A stretch of 61,198 nt of DNA, filler included, from Sphacelaria rigidula (GCA_964200075.2; 5 parts of 5 records of this genome joined end to end with filler, not necessarily neighbours in it), one strand, 5' to 3'; shown: positions 35,441 to 49,423, numbered from the whole stretch's first letter. Numbers and translations are program-made. Notes: generated from the letters alone by a model not told the origin.

Positions 35441-35741
35441 CACACGTCAGACGAGCGCGAGTGTGACTCGTGGCACTCGCATTCGTTGGGCTGCTCGTTG
35501 GGCATAAAAACTAATAGAGCGAGCACTCGAGTCATTGCTCGTTGGCCGTAAAAATTCATAGAGCGAGCACGCGAGTCATTGCTTGTTGTAAAAAAAAATA
35601 AAAGAAATGACTCGGGCACACGAGTGATTGCTCGTTTGAAAAAAAAGTAATGACTCGCGCACACGAGTCATGCTCGGTGTGTTTTCAAAAAACATCCACG
35701 AGTGCACTTGTTTCGACGAGTCATGACTCGTCCGACGTGTG
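35441..35741. mobile_element. hAT-type MITE, 8-bp TSD AAAGTTTT, with internal CGAGTCATTGCT repeats
   Basis: 15-bp TIR CACACGTC(A/G)GACGAG. TSD at 35433-35440 and 35742-35749. Confidence 0.9.
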
Positions 35742-36680
35742 AAAGTTTTCTACAAGGAACTATTACAGTTGCAACGGTTCCCCATCTGACATTTGTCCAC
35801 CTAGAGGCAACTGCAGTAGTTGCACAGAAAATCATACAATAGTTGTTAACCAGCAACCAGGTACTCAGGTTCCCCATCCAGTGGTTGTCTACAGGCAACT
35901 GGTTGCGTTTCCCCCACAACTGACTACACAACTGCTAGTAGACATTGGCCATTTTATAGAAACGACGAAATCGAACCCCCAAATCATATCACTCTGTGAT
36001 CAACTAGTCGCGGTGATATCACCCTCCTCCCAAAAATCAGATGGGAATGTGAGTGATGGCCGGGTTCTTACCGACTTTGCCCTCACCAAATTTTCCAGTG
36101 CCACGAGCTGGGACAGTCGGCAGTGATTCTTAAATGTTTCGGGGCCCGGCTGTGGTAAATTCGAGGAGTAAGGCGTTGAAATTTTGACACAAAATTTTCA
36201 TCAACACGCGAAAGGATGCCAAGAAAAAACACTCGAAAAGTTAGAGCGGCTAAAAATTCAGCAAGAGCTGGAAAAGCGCGATAACTCCGTGAAAATAAAG
36301 GGAAAACGGTGGCATCCCTACAAATGTTGGGCGTACTTGCGTGAAGGAGATCCTGGTGAAATTTCTGCCAAAGAATCCTGAAATTGGGCGCAGCCGGGCA
36401 CTTTCCGTGTGACACGGCTGCGCCGCGGTGGTCAAACTGATACAACGGCGTCTAATTACGCAGGATGCGAGTTCGAATCCCGACACGACCCTTTTTCTTC
36501 TTGCACAATTACGTCGTGCATGATCTCTGCTTCCTCCCGAGTTGAAAAAGGTCTCGATATTTCGGTGACGGTCTTGCATTGGGGGGGGGGGGGGGGGGGG
36601 GCCACGCCGGTTTTAAAAGTAACCCCCCCCCTTCTTGGGGTAAAACACCCCCCCCGCCGAGACCCTCCTCCCCCATGGGG

Positions 36681-36780
36681 NNNNNNNNNNNNNNNNNNNN
36701 NNNNNNNNNNNNNNNNNNNNNNNNTTAATTAATTAANNNNNNNNNNNNNNNNNNNNNNNNNNNNNNNNNNNNNNNNNNNN
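36681..36780. other. Artificial contig linker
   Basis: N44-TTAATTAATTAA-N44. Confidence 0.98.
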
Positions 36781-39700
36781 ATTTCGATTTACGTGAAGAT
36801 TTTGCCTCCCAAAACCATGCACTTTTTTGGGGGGGGCTATCGTAGCAAGTGTCAAAAGGGATAATCACTTCTGATAAGACCCCGCCTAACTGAGCTGGTG
36901 AATGGCCTGCGAAATACTGCTCCGAATTTTGACGGGCCCTGGTTTTACGTCAAAAGTCAATTTCGGGGAAATTTGGCGATCTCCAAATCGGAGCGCCGAA
37001 ATTCCCCGAAATTGGCTTTTCACCTAGGACCCCCAACATTTCGGCCATCGAAATCCAAATTTGTATTACGCGTAACAGTAGCAGTTATCAAAAGTTATGA
37101 GTAGGCGAAGAAATGGAACCATGTTATGAAAATGGGGGGTGGAGACGAAGATTTCAATTTTCCGGGTGCTCGTCCTCAATGAAAAGCTCCATACTTAATT
37201 TCGATGATCGTCTGTTCAGTATACAACGGATCGCCGGGCAACAAACACTAATGGTGTACAGATGGGCAAGGGCTAGCGTGAGGCGGGACGTGCTTGTGCT
37301 GTGTGTGTCTGTGTGTGTTTACTCAGGCCCGCTTGGGTAGGTCTCACGTGTTTCATACACGTGCTTCTGTCACGCCCGTTCACATACTTCCAGATCTGTT
37401 TCTGACTGCGTCCAATGCCGAAAGAATCGTCGCTTTTCGAAGGAAATCCGTTTTGTTTCCCCATGACCCAAAGTGGGCCGGCAAGCTACCGTGCTCGTTT
37501 TTTTTTCGCTTTTCCTTGTCTCGTGAGCCACGGCGTAATTGTCGTACAGTAGTGATAGTAGTGAGTACAGTGGTGATTGTAGTGAGTAGAGAAGTAGTAA
37601 TGATAGTAGTGGTGCTATCCAGACGGCATTCGGAGGGCGCACGCGCGCGCCAGGGAATACCTTGTACAGAGCATAAATTTACAGCTGCTGACTACTCCTC
37701 GCACGCCGAGCGCTTGTACTGCTTTCTCCACCCTCTTCGCTGTGGTATGTTGAACACTGCAAGTTCGCAGTATAGGGAACCCTGAAATGACACAGAACCC
37801 TTCGCTCAAGGCGTTAGTTACTACTGCACTGTCAAGTATAGAACAGCGATCCACATTGTAGCGTAGCAATGTGTAAATCCTAAATTCACGGCTTCAAGTG
37901 GCACAGAAGTCGATCAAACCTGGCTCTTGCTGTGTTACGCACTGAATTCTGTTCGCGAAGAGCCCAGGCGATAGTACAACAACAGTGCAATGTAGGACCC
38001 AGCTGTGTTGGGCGTTGCACAATGCATTTGTTGCTGCCGATGCCGCAGGTCAGATCTTGCGGTACATTTGTAGGACGTCCTGACTTCAAGGCGAACCTAC
38101 CGAACGGTGGCGAGGGGAAACAGCGCACCCTACTTGTTTGGTTAGAATCTCCACATATTTAGCCGCCGAACAACAGCCTGTCCCCCGTTCTATTCGGCGG
38201 CGGTAACAACCGACTCACCGGTTGTTCTATCCCCACACCATTACGGTATACACTGCGGATAACCCGATTCACTCACCCCAAAACGCCGCCCTTGCTCCTG
38301 CCGTCTCCCAACACGAATCAATTCGTAGAGTGCGTAATCAACAACGCTATTTCGCTCCCCCTGCATGGAGCATCATTACTCGGTGTGACTGGAGAACAGA
38401 ACTTGCCGCACACTCGCGTTATTTTTCTGCGGTGGGTTTATTCCTTTTTGTAGGATTGCTACAAGCAGCAGCACGCGGCAATTCGCCTGTGGCAGCGACA
38501 ACTCCTTGCGGCTCCGTGCTCAGTCAGCGGGCTTTGATTCGTTTTCTTAACGCAGTATGAAGACCTTCCGACTACCCATCAAAGCTGCGAGCACCTCAGG
38601 AATTGCTGCTGGCCGTGTGGTTGTATTGGTGGGTGAATTTTTTTGTGGCATTTCGCGTACACTTTTTTGGTTGCATTTCGTGCACTTGAAAGTGTATCCC
38701 CGTACGCATGTACCATTACTTCTTCATTGCTTGTACTGAAGTTGTACGTAATGTCATGGCAATAATTGATCATGGTTGACGAGCTCGTCAAGGTGAAGCC
38801 GTAAACAGTTCTGTAGTATGAGACCAATGAGAGAAACACGAGAGGAGAAGGCATGTGTTGCTCGACGCAGAGGTACGCAGATCAGGTAGCGCTGCATACA
38901 CACACGGACCAATCGGGGGATTACTGGTTGATTACACCGCGTGCTGGGGCGAATGACTGTTGTACTGTGTCACAGATATCAGAATGCGTAGTAGTACTGT
39001 CAGAGGTGGACCGACCGGGCAAAAGATGGGACGAATTCTTGCCAGCTGTTGGTCCCATCCTCTCGACCCTACTATGAGTAGCAAAAGGGAATGCAATGGT
39101 AGCGATGTTGCGCTGGTTGGTGGCGATGCTTCTCTGTTCTGTGCGAGCAGGTGGCGATGAAAACGGAGGGCTCTCAGTAACTCATTCCTCGAAGTTTCTA
39201 TGGGTCCAACCAAGGCTCAACGGCACGAAATATTTACGTCAAGGTGATCGTTCATAACAAACCTCTATCCCGAAGGTTTCTTGCCGCAGTCTTTAACGCT
39301 GCGAGGTAGGTAAAGGCATCGCCTACTTTCAATTCAGAGAGTTGCAAAGCTCAATCCAAGAGATGCACACGGACAGACATTGAGCAACAGTCAATATGCA
39401 CACGACCAGCATTAAGAAATACAAGTACCAGTAGTATATAGATTGAGCATTCAAGTCAAGGTCATATGCATACCTCTGCACTGAGAGACCCTGGTATTAC
39501 GCCAAAAGGCTTTTTGGAGTACAGGGCACAAGGGAAATTGCAGTGTGAAGATTTTGAAGTTTTGTTAGTGATCGAAAACTGCTTAAAAACTGGCTCTAAC
39601 TGGATCTACTACGCAGAACTATAGGTAAGAAGACTTATTCGTTGTCTGCCATTTTGTTTCTCGATCGGAAACTAAATTCATCCAATAATTCAGTTTTCGG

Positions 39701-42143
39701 CCCTTTTTGGAGTGTCTGCCATTCACTGAGAAAGTCGATGTGCTCGCCGACAGGAACAACGCCCCGACAGAATTTATTCACATTTATCTACTGAATGGTT
39801 CAAGAATGAAGACTGATATTTGGGTCTTCAATGGGGGTTTTCAATGGGGCTGGCAGTCCCATGCAAGTGCTCCCAGCTCGCTCAAAACACGTTTTTGTCC
39901 AGATTGGCGCCGACTTGAGGTCTGCCAACGCACGCTCTATCCAGGGCATCGTCGGCATCCCCCGAGCCCGAGGGTTCTCTTACACCTCTAATCAGGGTCA
40001 GGGTTTCAGGGTTGGCTGCAGTAATTAATTTGTGGTACCAACCATAATACTTTCCGACCATCGGTGAACAACAACGCTCGGAAGAGCGCGCGCCAATTTC
40101 CCGCAACGCTCTTATTCGCACGAGTCCCGAGTCGTCCCGGCGGCGTAACCTCGACACCTTTTGGCGGTTCGAGTCTCGGTGCAGTCTCACACTATCTGGG
40201 ATTTTGATCACACCATGCTCAACAACAATGGAGAGCGACTATGTCGCGGTTACACAACATTCGACTTCACTGTCGAGGAGGAAAAAGAACCGCTGAATGA
40301 ACCCCTCCCGCGATGAAAATAAGGGGAAACAATGCGGAGGAATGGAGGTGGGGTGTTGAAACAGAAAAAACAACTCCTTGTTGGCCTCTCCTGGGTGACC
40401 CCGGCTGACGCACTCACATACTTCATACTTCGTATTAATTTCTACATTCAAACGGCCATGCGGGGTCTTATCGGAAGTGATTGTCAATTTTGAAATATTC
40501 ACGTTTGAAAAAAACGAACGATGATTGGTTGCTGCGTCACACACACGCACACCAACAGTGCAAAAAGACAGACGATTCTATAATAATATTACTTCCAGAA
40601 CAGCCGCATTTATGTACCTGTTCAGTGCAGATCTGGGTTTCGATCTGAAAAAAACTGTTTGTCGAGGAGACTCAGCACTGGTCGTTGTTGTGGCAATCAC
40701 TTCTCCAAAATTGGTTTTTTGAATGAAGAGTGACAAATCACACTTCCGGCGAGACCAAGAAAGGGAAGGCCCCACCTCAGGGCAAAAAGGGTAGATAGTT
40801 TTCCAGGATATTTTCATGGTTAGGACAAATCATCACGGGTTCGAATGACCAAATCCACGATTTCTTCGGCCTGATTGCCCAAAAGGGAGAAAAGAGTTAA
40901 TCGCTCGTCCACGGGGTATCCACGCAAGTTTTGCGCCATTCCACGTGTCTGGGCCACGTGTACCTGGGTTGCAACTAACGCTGAAAACAAAGCCTAGGGA
41001 TTGATTCGTACGATTCGAATCAAGTATACTAAAACCAAGTAATTTCCAGACGAATCATTGAATTGTCCGACCCTTGGATATTTTTGTTTGTCCACCATCA
41101 AAAGGCCACTTCTCATGTGTGAAGGAACGAAATACTTGTTGTGTCTTTTTCGGTCCTGCATCGCTTCAGTACGCCCAAAACGAGGGCTAGGCGGATGATG
41201 ACACCTTGGAATGATGACTTTCTATATGAGGCAAACGAATGAATAAGGGTGAAGTTGGTAAGGGATCGAAAGAAGGCAAAACGACAACGTGAACCGGGAT
41301 GAGAGAGATCAAGAAATCGGAAAGCGGGGGGGAAAGCCCGCCTTCACCTCTGCCAGTAAAGAAGCGAGATTGAAGGAGGTAAAACGCGTGGTAAGATTCA
41401 TGACCAACTGGAGACACTGCCGCCTCTCCCGCCCCCGCTTATTATGTTGATGTGGGTAGTTCATTTATGGCATTCCCGTTATTTTGACCCTTCCCCTCCT
41501 CGCCTTTTTTTCTTCCTGCCTTGGTTCTTTTGTTCATCTTTCTTTGGAGGCTCGTGTGTTGTAGTTGAATCCTACAAAATTCAACCTGTTCGTGCGCCTT
41601 CTTCTCATCACGTCTTGTTTTTCAGCCATGCCAAGGGTCTGTCGGGAGAAGAATATCGGACACGGAGGTCCCCCTCCCCCTCCCCCTCTCGGGGGGCAAT
41701 TTTTCGAATGCTATCATGATTTCGTTCATTTTTTTGTCAACATTATTGAAGAAATTCATCACAGAACACGAACGAAAACTTCGGCGGACATTCAAGATTC
41801 GTATATTTCCTTCTGCTCCTTGCCCGCTCTACTGCCCCGATGATCGCGGATGCCGGCCACCCTCACACACACACATACACACGAGCGCACGGTAGCGACA
41901 GCCTGTAGCCGAAGCAGAAACTTTATCTCACGCCTCGCCAAACTTGCCCGGAATGCTGGAAGGTACTCGGGGCCCCCTACACGGAACATGATCCCATCAA
42001 CGTCATCATGGCAAGTGATGGGCTCGGGGGGGGCGGCATGTCCACCATCTCATCGGCCTTCATGCCAAGGATCTCTGTACACGGTAGCTGACCGCACCCG
42101 CCAACGCCTCGGCAATAAACTAGGGGACATCAAGCTGGGGGTT

Positions 42144-42181
<38 letters not shown>

Positions 42182-43046
42182 ACCCCCCCTCTTCCCCTCG
42201 CTCCCCCCTCCCCCCCCACCCCTCTCTCCGACCCCCCCTATTTCCTCNNNNNNNNNCCCGCCAACGCCTCGGCAATAAACTAGGGGACATCAAGCTGGGG
42301 GTTTCCCCCCCCCCGCCGCCTCCTCCCCCCCCCCCTCAACTACTCGAATTTTCGATCTCGGGGCCTACGTGTCCAGAAATATTTTGGCGCCATTCCCTTT
42401 TTCGCTCACGTGGTTAAAGAAGCCCGTCGTACGGGGCGCTGTGTTCGTCATGTTTCTCTGGGGTTTTTTTTGCGACATGGATTTGTCCTAACGGGCCCTA
42501 GATTTCTGGTCATGTCCACGGCAATCAGAATTATATCATGAACGCGATAATTGGGTGCGTACTGCGATGTTCTTTGCTGGTTCATAATTTTTGGGTCAAA
42601 AACGTGGACCACTCTGTACGACACACTAACTTCACGTGCTAACCCTCAACACAGCTGAAACATCCACGGCTCGGCACCACACAGAAGAAAAGCGGGGTCT
42701 TCAAATGTATGCAAATGTTACGCACCCATCCAACCACGCTCACGGGTACTCCACAATAGACACCCGACCCCCCTCTCACTTCCGTCCTACCAGCTGCTCG
42801 AGTGGGCAGAGCTTGTACTCGTACACAAGCAGGAAAAAAACAAAAAAAACAGCAGAAACAAGTTAGAGACTGACGGAACAACACGACAAGAAAAACATTC
42901 AAGGTTTGCCCGCAAAGTTTCGCATCGACTGTGACGGCACACGGCACTACACGGTTCCGTGTGGAATACACTCGCTCTCAAAATGTTGAGAATACACAAC
43001 CGACGAGCCGTCCTAATGCAACCTTCAACAGCGATGTTGAAAACAA

Positions 43047-44297
43047 TCACAACAAGTCGTCGTCACTGAAGCACTGATCCTCCAACATCTTCACCTCTTC
43101 ATCTTTCTCATCATCCACCATCGCCTCCACCACCCCCGCCGGTTTCTTGCCTATTACCCCCCCGAGCGCGCGTTGTACACAACCTGAAGCAACATCGTTT
43201 TCAATCGACGACCCATCCCTTTTGACATCGCTCGCTTCTAATTGCTCTGCAGCCTCCTGCTTCACATGGTGCGACTCCGCAGCATCATCATTGTTCCCCT
43301 TGCTCACGCTCAGCAACGAGAATAGCTGAGGTGTTTCCTCTCCCTTGGGCGCCGGCTCCTCCTTAGGCACGAGCTCTTCCTGAGACATTGTCTCTTTACT
43401 GGTCGCAGGCTGTCCAGTAACATCTTGCGTACTACCCAACCTCCCATCAACAATAGGCGGAACCTTTGATGAACCTTCCTTCGCTACTGCTCCCGCCCGC
43501 CCTGCATCTCCTGCCTCCTCACAGATGCTCTTGTACAGTTCTCCGTTCCCCTCGTCCTCATCCTCCACCACACCACTTTTCGACTTCAAAGGAACACCCT
43601 CGGAACTCATGGAAGGACTCGCTTCGGTTCTCCCGCCGTCAAAATCAACGCCAACATCACCAGCACTTTCACGGCTTGTTTTGTTCCCACCCTGCTCGCC
43701 CTCACCATCATCTTCGTTGCTGATCTCGTCATCTCCGACACCACGCGGTGACATGGCCTGACTCGAGGTTTCGCTCAACAACTCCTCGAAGTACGCACGG
43801 CGATCCCTGCTTGCACCACCCTCACCAATCGCAGCATCATCGCTGTCATCCAAGTTTTCGTTCAACGCAAAGCCAAAACCTCTTCCACCGTTACCGCGGC
43901 AACCCCGCCGACGAATCTTCTTGTCCTTGAGGAGCGGATCACCGCCGGTAGATTTTCCGAATGTGTTCGTGTAAGCCGGCATGTCTGAATCTGAATCGGA
44001 TAAGCCATTTTCTACATCGGACATGAATATGTTGTTGTTGTTGCTGCTGCTGCTGTTGTTGTTGTCGTCGGAATCGGAATCTGAAGCGTAGTAGCCTACC
44101 GGTTGCCAACGCCTGGCAGTTGCTGTCGGTGATCTGCTGTGCATGACACACCAATGACGAGAGAAATCAAACATAGCATAAACGTACACACGAGCGAAAA
44201 ACACAATGTGAGGATACACCAGTAGACCACCGACGTAACAGATATTCAAAGCTACAGATAGCAGTGCATTAATGACTTTCCATGTGAAACACACCAT
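43047..44297 (-). CDS. Hypothetical intronless acidic, low-complexity protein (start uncertain: ATG 44297 or 44024)
   Basis: A ~1.3-kb stop-free frame in an otherwise exon-fragmented genome. It is D/E/S/G-rich with a basic patch KDKKIRRRGCRGNGGRG and a hydrophobic N-terminus if the upstream ATG is used. No recognised domain. Confidence 0.55.
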   Translation of the reverse strand: MVCFTWKVINALLSVALNICYVGGLLVYPHIVFFARVYVYAMFDFSRHWCVMHSRSPTATARRWQPVGYYASDSDSDDNNNSSSSNNNNIFMSDVENGLSDSDSDMPAYTNTFGKSTGGDPLLKDKKIRRRGCRGNGGRGFGFALNENLDDSDDAAIGEGGASRDRRAYFEELLSETSSQAMSPRGVGDDEISNEDDGEGEQGGNKTSRESAGDVGVDFDGGRTEASPSMSSEGVPLKSKSGVVEDEDEGNGELYKSICEEAGDAGRAGAVAKEGSSKVPPIVDGRLGSTQDVTGQPATSKETMSQEELVPKEEPAPKGEETPQLFSLLSVSKGNNDDAAESHHVKQEAAEQLEASDVKRDGSSIENDVASGCVQRALGGVIGKKPAGVVEAMVDDEKDEEVKMLEDQCFSDDDLL

Positions 44298-45339
44298 ATC
44301 CCACAACACGGGGCCTACAGCACGAGATGGGCCGATCGGCACAAGTCACCCCACGTCAAAATCCCGAGGAAAAACTATTATGTGACGGTCCACGCCGAAG
44401 GACTGTAGCTCGGCGTCCTATCCGGCAAAACGAACCCACGCCGAAGGCAATAATATCAAAATCTCAATAAAAATTACGCAACATAAGTAGACGGACCCAT
44501 CTATGGGTAGACACACACAAACCGCCTGTGGGGCCGGGTGTGCTCCAGGCGGGCGACCCGATTCGAAACAACAGCGCCGTGAGATAGGCTGCCCCGACCG
44601 ACCTGAAAATCATAACAATGGTGCGGCAGCCTGTCTTTCGACGCCGACGGGTACAAATGCTGGCAAACGGCACGCTGGGCCTGCCGCTGCGGTAGCAGAG
44701 TCGACATCCCGTGAGGTTTGGCAGCGCCGTTCTCGCGTGGGTAAGGACCAGATTCGATCAGGATGGAGACAGATGGCTCGGCGGGCAGAGAAAGGACCGA
44801 ACCCGGGCGAGAGGTTCAAGGCAAGTACAGGGATACAAGGGGCAAACTACACGATAACCTCGAACCGCCAAAACAGTAGAATGCTAGCAAAGCTCGGGGG
44901 AGGGGGAGGAAGCGGGGAGGGCGGGGAGGGGGAGGAAGCGGCGGAGGAAACCAAAAGATGGGGCTCGAGCAAAAGGGGTAGTAGCCGTGAGGAAGGCTCG
45001 ATCGCAAAAGTTTAGAGGGGCGCCTGGAACGTGCACACTGTGACCGTTGATGGAGTGATTTGGGTTGGCCATCGATAAACCATTGAACGCGGAGGCCGGT
45101 ACTATCGCCCCCAGCACCGTGATGCAGATCCCGCAGCCCCCAGCCCGGACGTCGATCGTGCCGACGCGGACTATCGGACAAACCAAAGACTCCCTGGGAG
45201 TGCCCCAAGAACGGCATGGCAACCAGACCCGGTAATCTGCCTGCACAACTGATGCAACTAGGTATACGGAAGAACCACAACACCCTGCAGGAGAAGTTTC
45301 ACCAAATTGTCGAGGGGTGGAAAGAGGCGGCATCGTCCC

Positions 45340-46290
45340 TGGGCGATGGAAGAGCGCTGTTATATCAGGATTGTACACAGGGACCGAACTGAGAGGGGCA
45401 ACTACAGAGGCATTCCACCGGTAACACAAGCGAACCAGCTCAGCGCACATCCGAAGCGAAACGTACCCCTCCCGAAAAAACAGTGTGGGTTCCGCCGCCC
45501 CGTGATGCGCGTACTACAGGAGCTCGCTTGAGCCAGGCACAGCTCGCTGTGCATGTGCTTCATAGGCCTCGCCAAAGCGTGTGGTGCAGCCGACCGCACC
45601 CGTCTCTGGACCGTGTGCCCCGCTAAGATGATTGCAAGTGTTCGCCAATTCCACGGCGGAATGCGGGAGTATGTACGGATGAACAACAGTGAGTCACCGG
45701 GCTGGTTCGGAATCAGACAGGGACTCCGCCAGGGGTGCGTGCTGGCCCCGGTGCCATTCAACATACTTTTGTCACCACCGCCTTGGAACACGGCGAAGGA
45801 AAAGTTCCTACGAGACGAAACAGTGTGTTCGGTGACATGGTGCAAATCACGGACCAGGAAAAGAAGGGGGAAGTCAAGGACAGGCCACAAGGAAGGGAAC
45901 AGCGCCGGGCCTAGACTGCAAAGAGAAGATAGGTGGCTGACTAGCCCGGCAAGACGAAGGTTAGAGGCACGAGGCACTTCAGCAACAACTATGGGCTATG
46001 ATGTACGCCGATGACGCTGACGTTGTGCCGAGGTCTCATGAAGGCCTCGCCACTAGGATGACCGAGAATGCGAAGAATTGGGCTGTCCGTGTCTGCAAAA
46101 ACGATGGACACCGTGTGCATGCCTGCGCCACACGAACAAGCCGTGATGGATATCACGGCAGCGGGGCAACGGTATGCTCAGACAGAGAACTAACTTTGTT
46201 GATCTAAGAACCTCCAACCTCCATCAACGGAGAGGCTGATGCGACTCCCAATATCGACACCCGGACCCGGCTCGCGTGGTGGAAATACAG
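45340..46290 (+). mobile_element. RTE-clade LINE reverse transcriptase remnant
   Basis: GNYRGI, QCGFR, LQELA, MCFIGLAKA, RQFHGGM, QGLRQGCVLAP and MYADD (~46001-46015), with many frameshifts and deletions. Confidence 0.9.
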
Positions 46291-48939
46291 TGTTTGGACG
46301 CGTGCGCTTGCTTGTTTGTTCATGTGAAAGCCTTGTGCTCTCCTTGCCTTCTTCTCGATTCCTTGCTGGAACTGTCGGCTAGTTTTCGTCCTCTTTCTGG
46401 CTTGCTGCCTTTGTTTTCGTCGATACATGTTCCTACTCGACTTTCGTCTCGGTTGGCCCTTTCGTAATTTGCCTGTTGCATCTTTTTTTTTCGACTCTTC
46501 ATTTCCTTCACCCTCTCTTATCTTCTTCGATCACCTCGGCGCTTGTAGATTATCAAATACATGAATAGCGTACCGTCTCTCCGCCCCGGTATTGAATCAC
46601 GTGAAGGGTGAAGCTTCTTCATACATTTTCCGGTATAAGAATGGTCCATCGGCCCTATTTTTCGCTACACGCTCTGTCTGCATATAAACCACGTGGTGCT
46701 CTGAAGCATTGCGTTCTGTTTTGCTGCGTACCCCTAAAATCTGCGTGCCACGATTGCGAGTGCCTGTCAAGGTACCCGCGACAGAAAAACTACTACATCC
46801 ACACAATACGAAGGTGGTGCAGTTCCGCAAGCATCAACTTCTCGCGCACGGCCGCTTCGCGTCCGTCCCTCACCTCGCACCGTACGCATCAACGCTCACC
46901 GACTCGACGCAGATTTCTTTTTCGGTCAAGGATGGTGTTGAGAAAACACCAGGGCTTCATGTTTTTTTTCAGTATGAATTGAGTCATGCTCAGCCAAAAC
47001 AGGCGCTCGTGTCCTCGCCCACGTCACCGCCCCCGCTTGTACGAGGAGGCGGGGATGGTGATGATAGCGAGGCTGTCCTGCTCGCGAGGGTATGGGCGAC
47101 GAGGGTGAGCTCGTGCCGTCAGACAGTCCAGCAGAAGGACCACAGGCGGGGGCGTCGGAGTGTAACAGGCTGGGAACCCAAGCTCTTCCCGCACCTTTTC
47201 CTCGGCCATCCGGGGCGTCACTTGAACTTTGATGCAGACAAGCTCCGCCTCCTGAATCGTGAGCTTCAAGTCTTCATGCCCCCACTGGAGTGCCACCGCT
47301 GAAGTTGTGGACTACAGGCCGTAGGGCAATGTCAAATCGCCTGCGAGAAAATCCCGATTGACCACTTGGCCGCGAGGGTAGTTCATCTGGATGATGTCTT
47401 ACTTTTCTCCAGTGGCTTCCTTTCTTCTCTTTCTAGCGTTTTATTCTGTTCACCATGTCGTTCTGTTCGACTTTTTTTTTTTTGTTCCTTGTCTTCTTGA
47501 GCGAGTGTTTCAGTCTCGCTTTCGGTCACGTCCAACCAATCAATCTATCAAAGTGGAATTGATGCCGACTCAACACATGACCTACTCTCGCCGTCCAAGG
47601 AGTAGGGCATACATGGAGTCGGCATTACTTTCCCTGAAAAAAAGTATGCGTGATCCAGATGGCCTATCCTCGAGGTTCAAAGGTTGAGTGAACGCAGGAT
47701 CTAAATGGCAGTTCTATAGTACCAGTTATTACAGTGCAGTAGAGGAGCAGGCGGGGGCGAAAACGATAACGGGAAGGTTCATGCTTTGGCCGCTGCCGTC
47801 CAACCCGCAACCAGAAGTGGGGTTCAACTCTGTGTGGTTGCAACAAAATGTGGGACATATTTTTTCAGAGACGACCTGCTTCTTGTACCAAATGCCTACT
47901 GACTCCGTAATTTCCGGGCGGATATGGCAAATCGTCTGAAAAAAATCTCGGCCAACTAGATGCAGTATTAGGCCGTTTCTTCCGGTTGGTTATTTTCCCT
48001 CGTATTTCGCAACATTTCATGAGAAAAAAATACCGCTGGGAAAATACTATGAGAGATGTTGACCCTAGCTTACGGTTGCAGATATATTTTTGAGGGGGGT
48101 GGGTACCAAAAGGGTGTGGGGATACCAAAAGAAAATGGTCAGCGGAAACCGAAGGGATCTGCAGGCCAAGGTGAGATACAAAGAACCAAGACTTTGCCAT
48201 GCCAAGCTCCCTGTGTTTATGTAAAAAGACCTAAAGCGTAGACCTCCCCTGATCGCTGCTGGCCCAGCTCGCACTGTATGCAACCTGCCATCTTCAATCT
48301 ATACTGCCATATTACGTACGCAGCATTACAGACCAAAGTACTGTACTGTCTAGTACTGTCTGTACTGCACTCCTCCACATCAATTCTAGTGCAGCCGTTG
48401 TATACTGCTTGGTTCTGTCTGTACTGCACGTTTCCCACATCATATTCATTGCAGCCGTTGTACTACTGGCAAACTAACTTTTTTATCCTACTGTACTGTT
48501 GTACTGTTGGATGCGGCAGTACAACCCACGTAGTGTCTGCACTGCACGTCGCCCAAATAATTTTCGGCAGCCGTTGGGTGCAGCATGGCATGTGGATCCT
48601 ACTGTTCAATCGGCAGTACAGACAGTACAGTACTGCCTGCTATTGTCTGTATTGCACGTTGTCCACATATCTCACGCTGTATGCATCATTTTTTCTACAG
48701 CCGTGCGTACTACTGTTGTGTGCAAGCTGACACCTACGACTCACTGCATGAAACAGCACAGACAACGGCATCCTGTAATCTCTGGGCTGGGTACTCTCTG
48801 TGCTGCAGGTTTTCGAGATAACGATCGATGCCAATAGACCATCAGCCCCTTACGACATCTCGCGTGCGCCTGAATGGCGAAGCAAAGTTTGGTCCAGTGT
48901 ATAAATGGCGCTGGGGGTGTTCGACATTGCTATCAGGAG

Positions 48940-49039
48940 NNNNNNNNNNNNNNNNNNNNNNNNNNNNNNNNNNNNNNNNNNNNTTAATTAATTAANNNNN
49001 NNNNNNNNNNNNNNNNNNNNNNNNNNNNNNNNNNNNNNN
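48940..49039. other. Artificial contig linker
   Basis: N44-TTAATTAATTAA-N44. Confidence 0.98.
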
Positions 49040-49423
49040 CGTTCTCACGCTTTCCACGGTGGAAATCATACATTACGAAGAAAAACCCAACGCATGGGGA
49101 ATCGAACCCCCGTCCTCTCCACCCTCATGGCGACAATCGGACCATTATACCACCGGGGCGCGGCATGCATGTATGTATTCATTGTATCTCTTTTTGTTAT
49201 GGTTTCCGCTTTTCTGTCGTCTTGAGCGAGCGTTTCCGTTTTGTTTACCTTGGGCACGTACGTGTTCCCTGTGGATAACGACCTCGGTGATCAGTTCATG
49301 TGCGCCAATCAAGCAATCAACACGTGCACCATCTTCATTTTCAGATGTCTGACCTCTGACCCCTGACCACGTATGGTGACCGAACTGCTGGGTTTTAGAG
49401 CAACCCCCCCTCCCCCCTCCACC

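Noticed and set aside
35441-35741. CRISPR-like or regulatory repeat array
   Set aside because: It is enclosed by TIRs and an 8-bp TSD, so it is explained as hAT MITE subterminal repeats.
42097-42312. Direct repeat of ~50 bp around a long poly-C run
   Set aside because: The identical copies flank an internal N run in a homopolymer, so this is most likely an assembly overlap artefact.
37800-47340. Exon-like stretches on contig 4 (38870-39077, 41890-42050, 47195-47340)
   Set aside because: They could not be joined into a phase-consistent model or matched to a known family.
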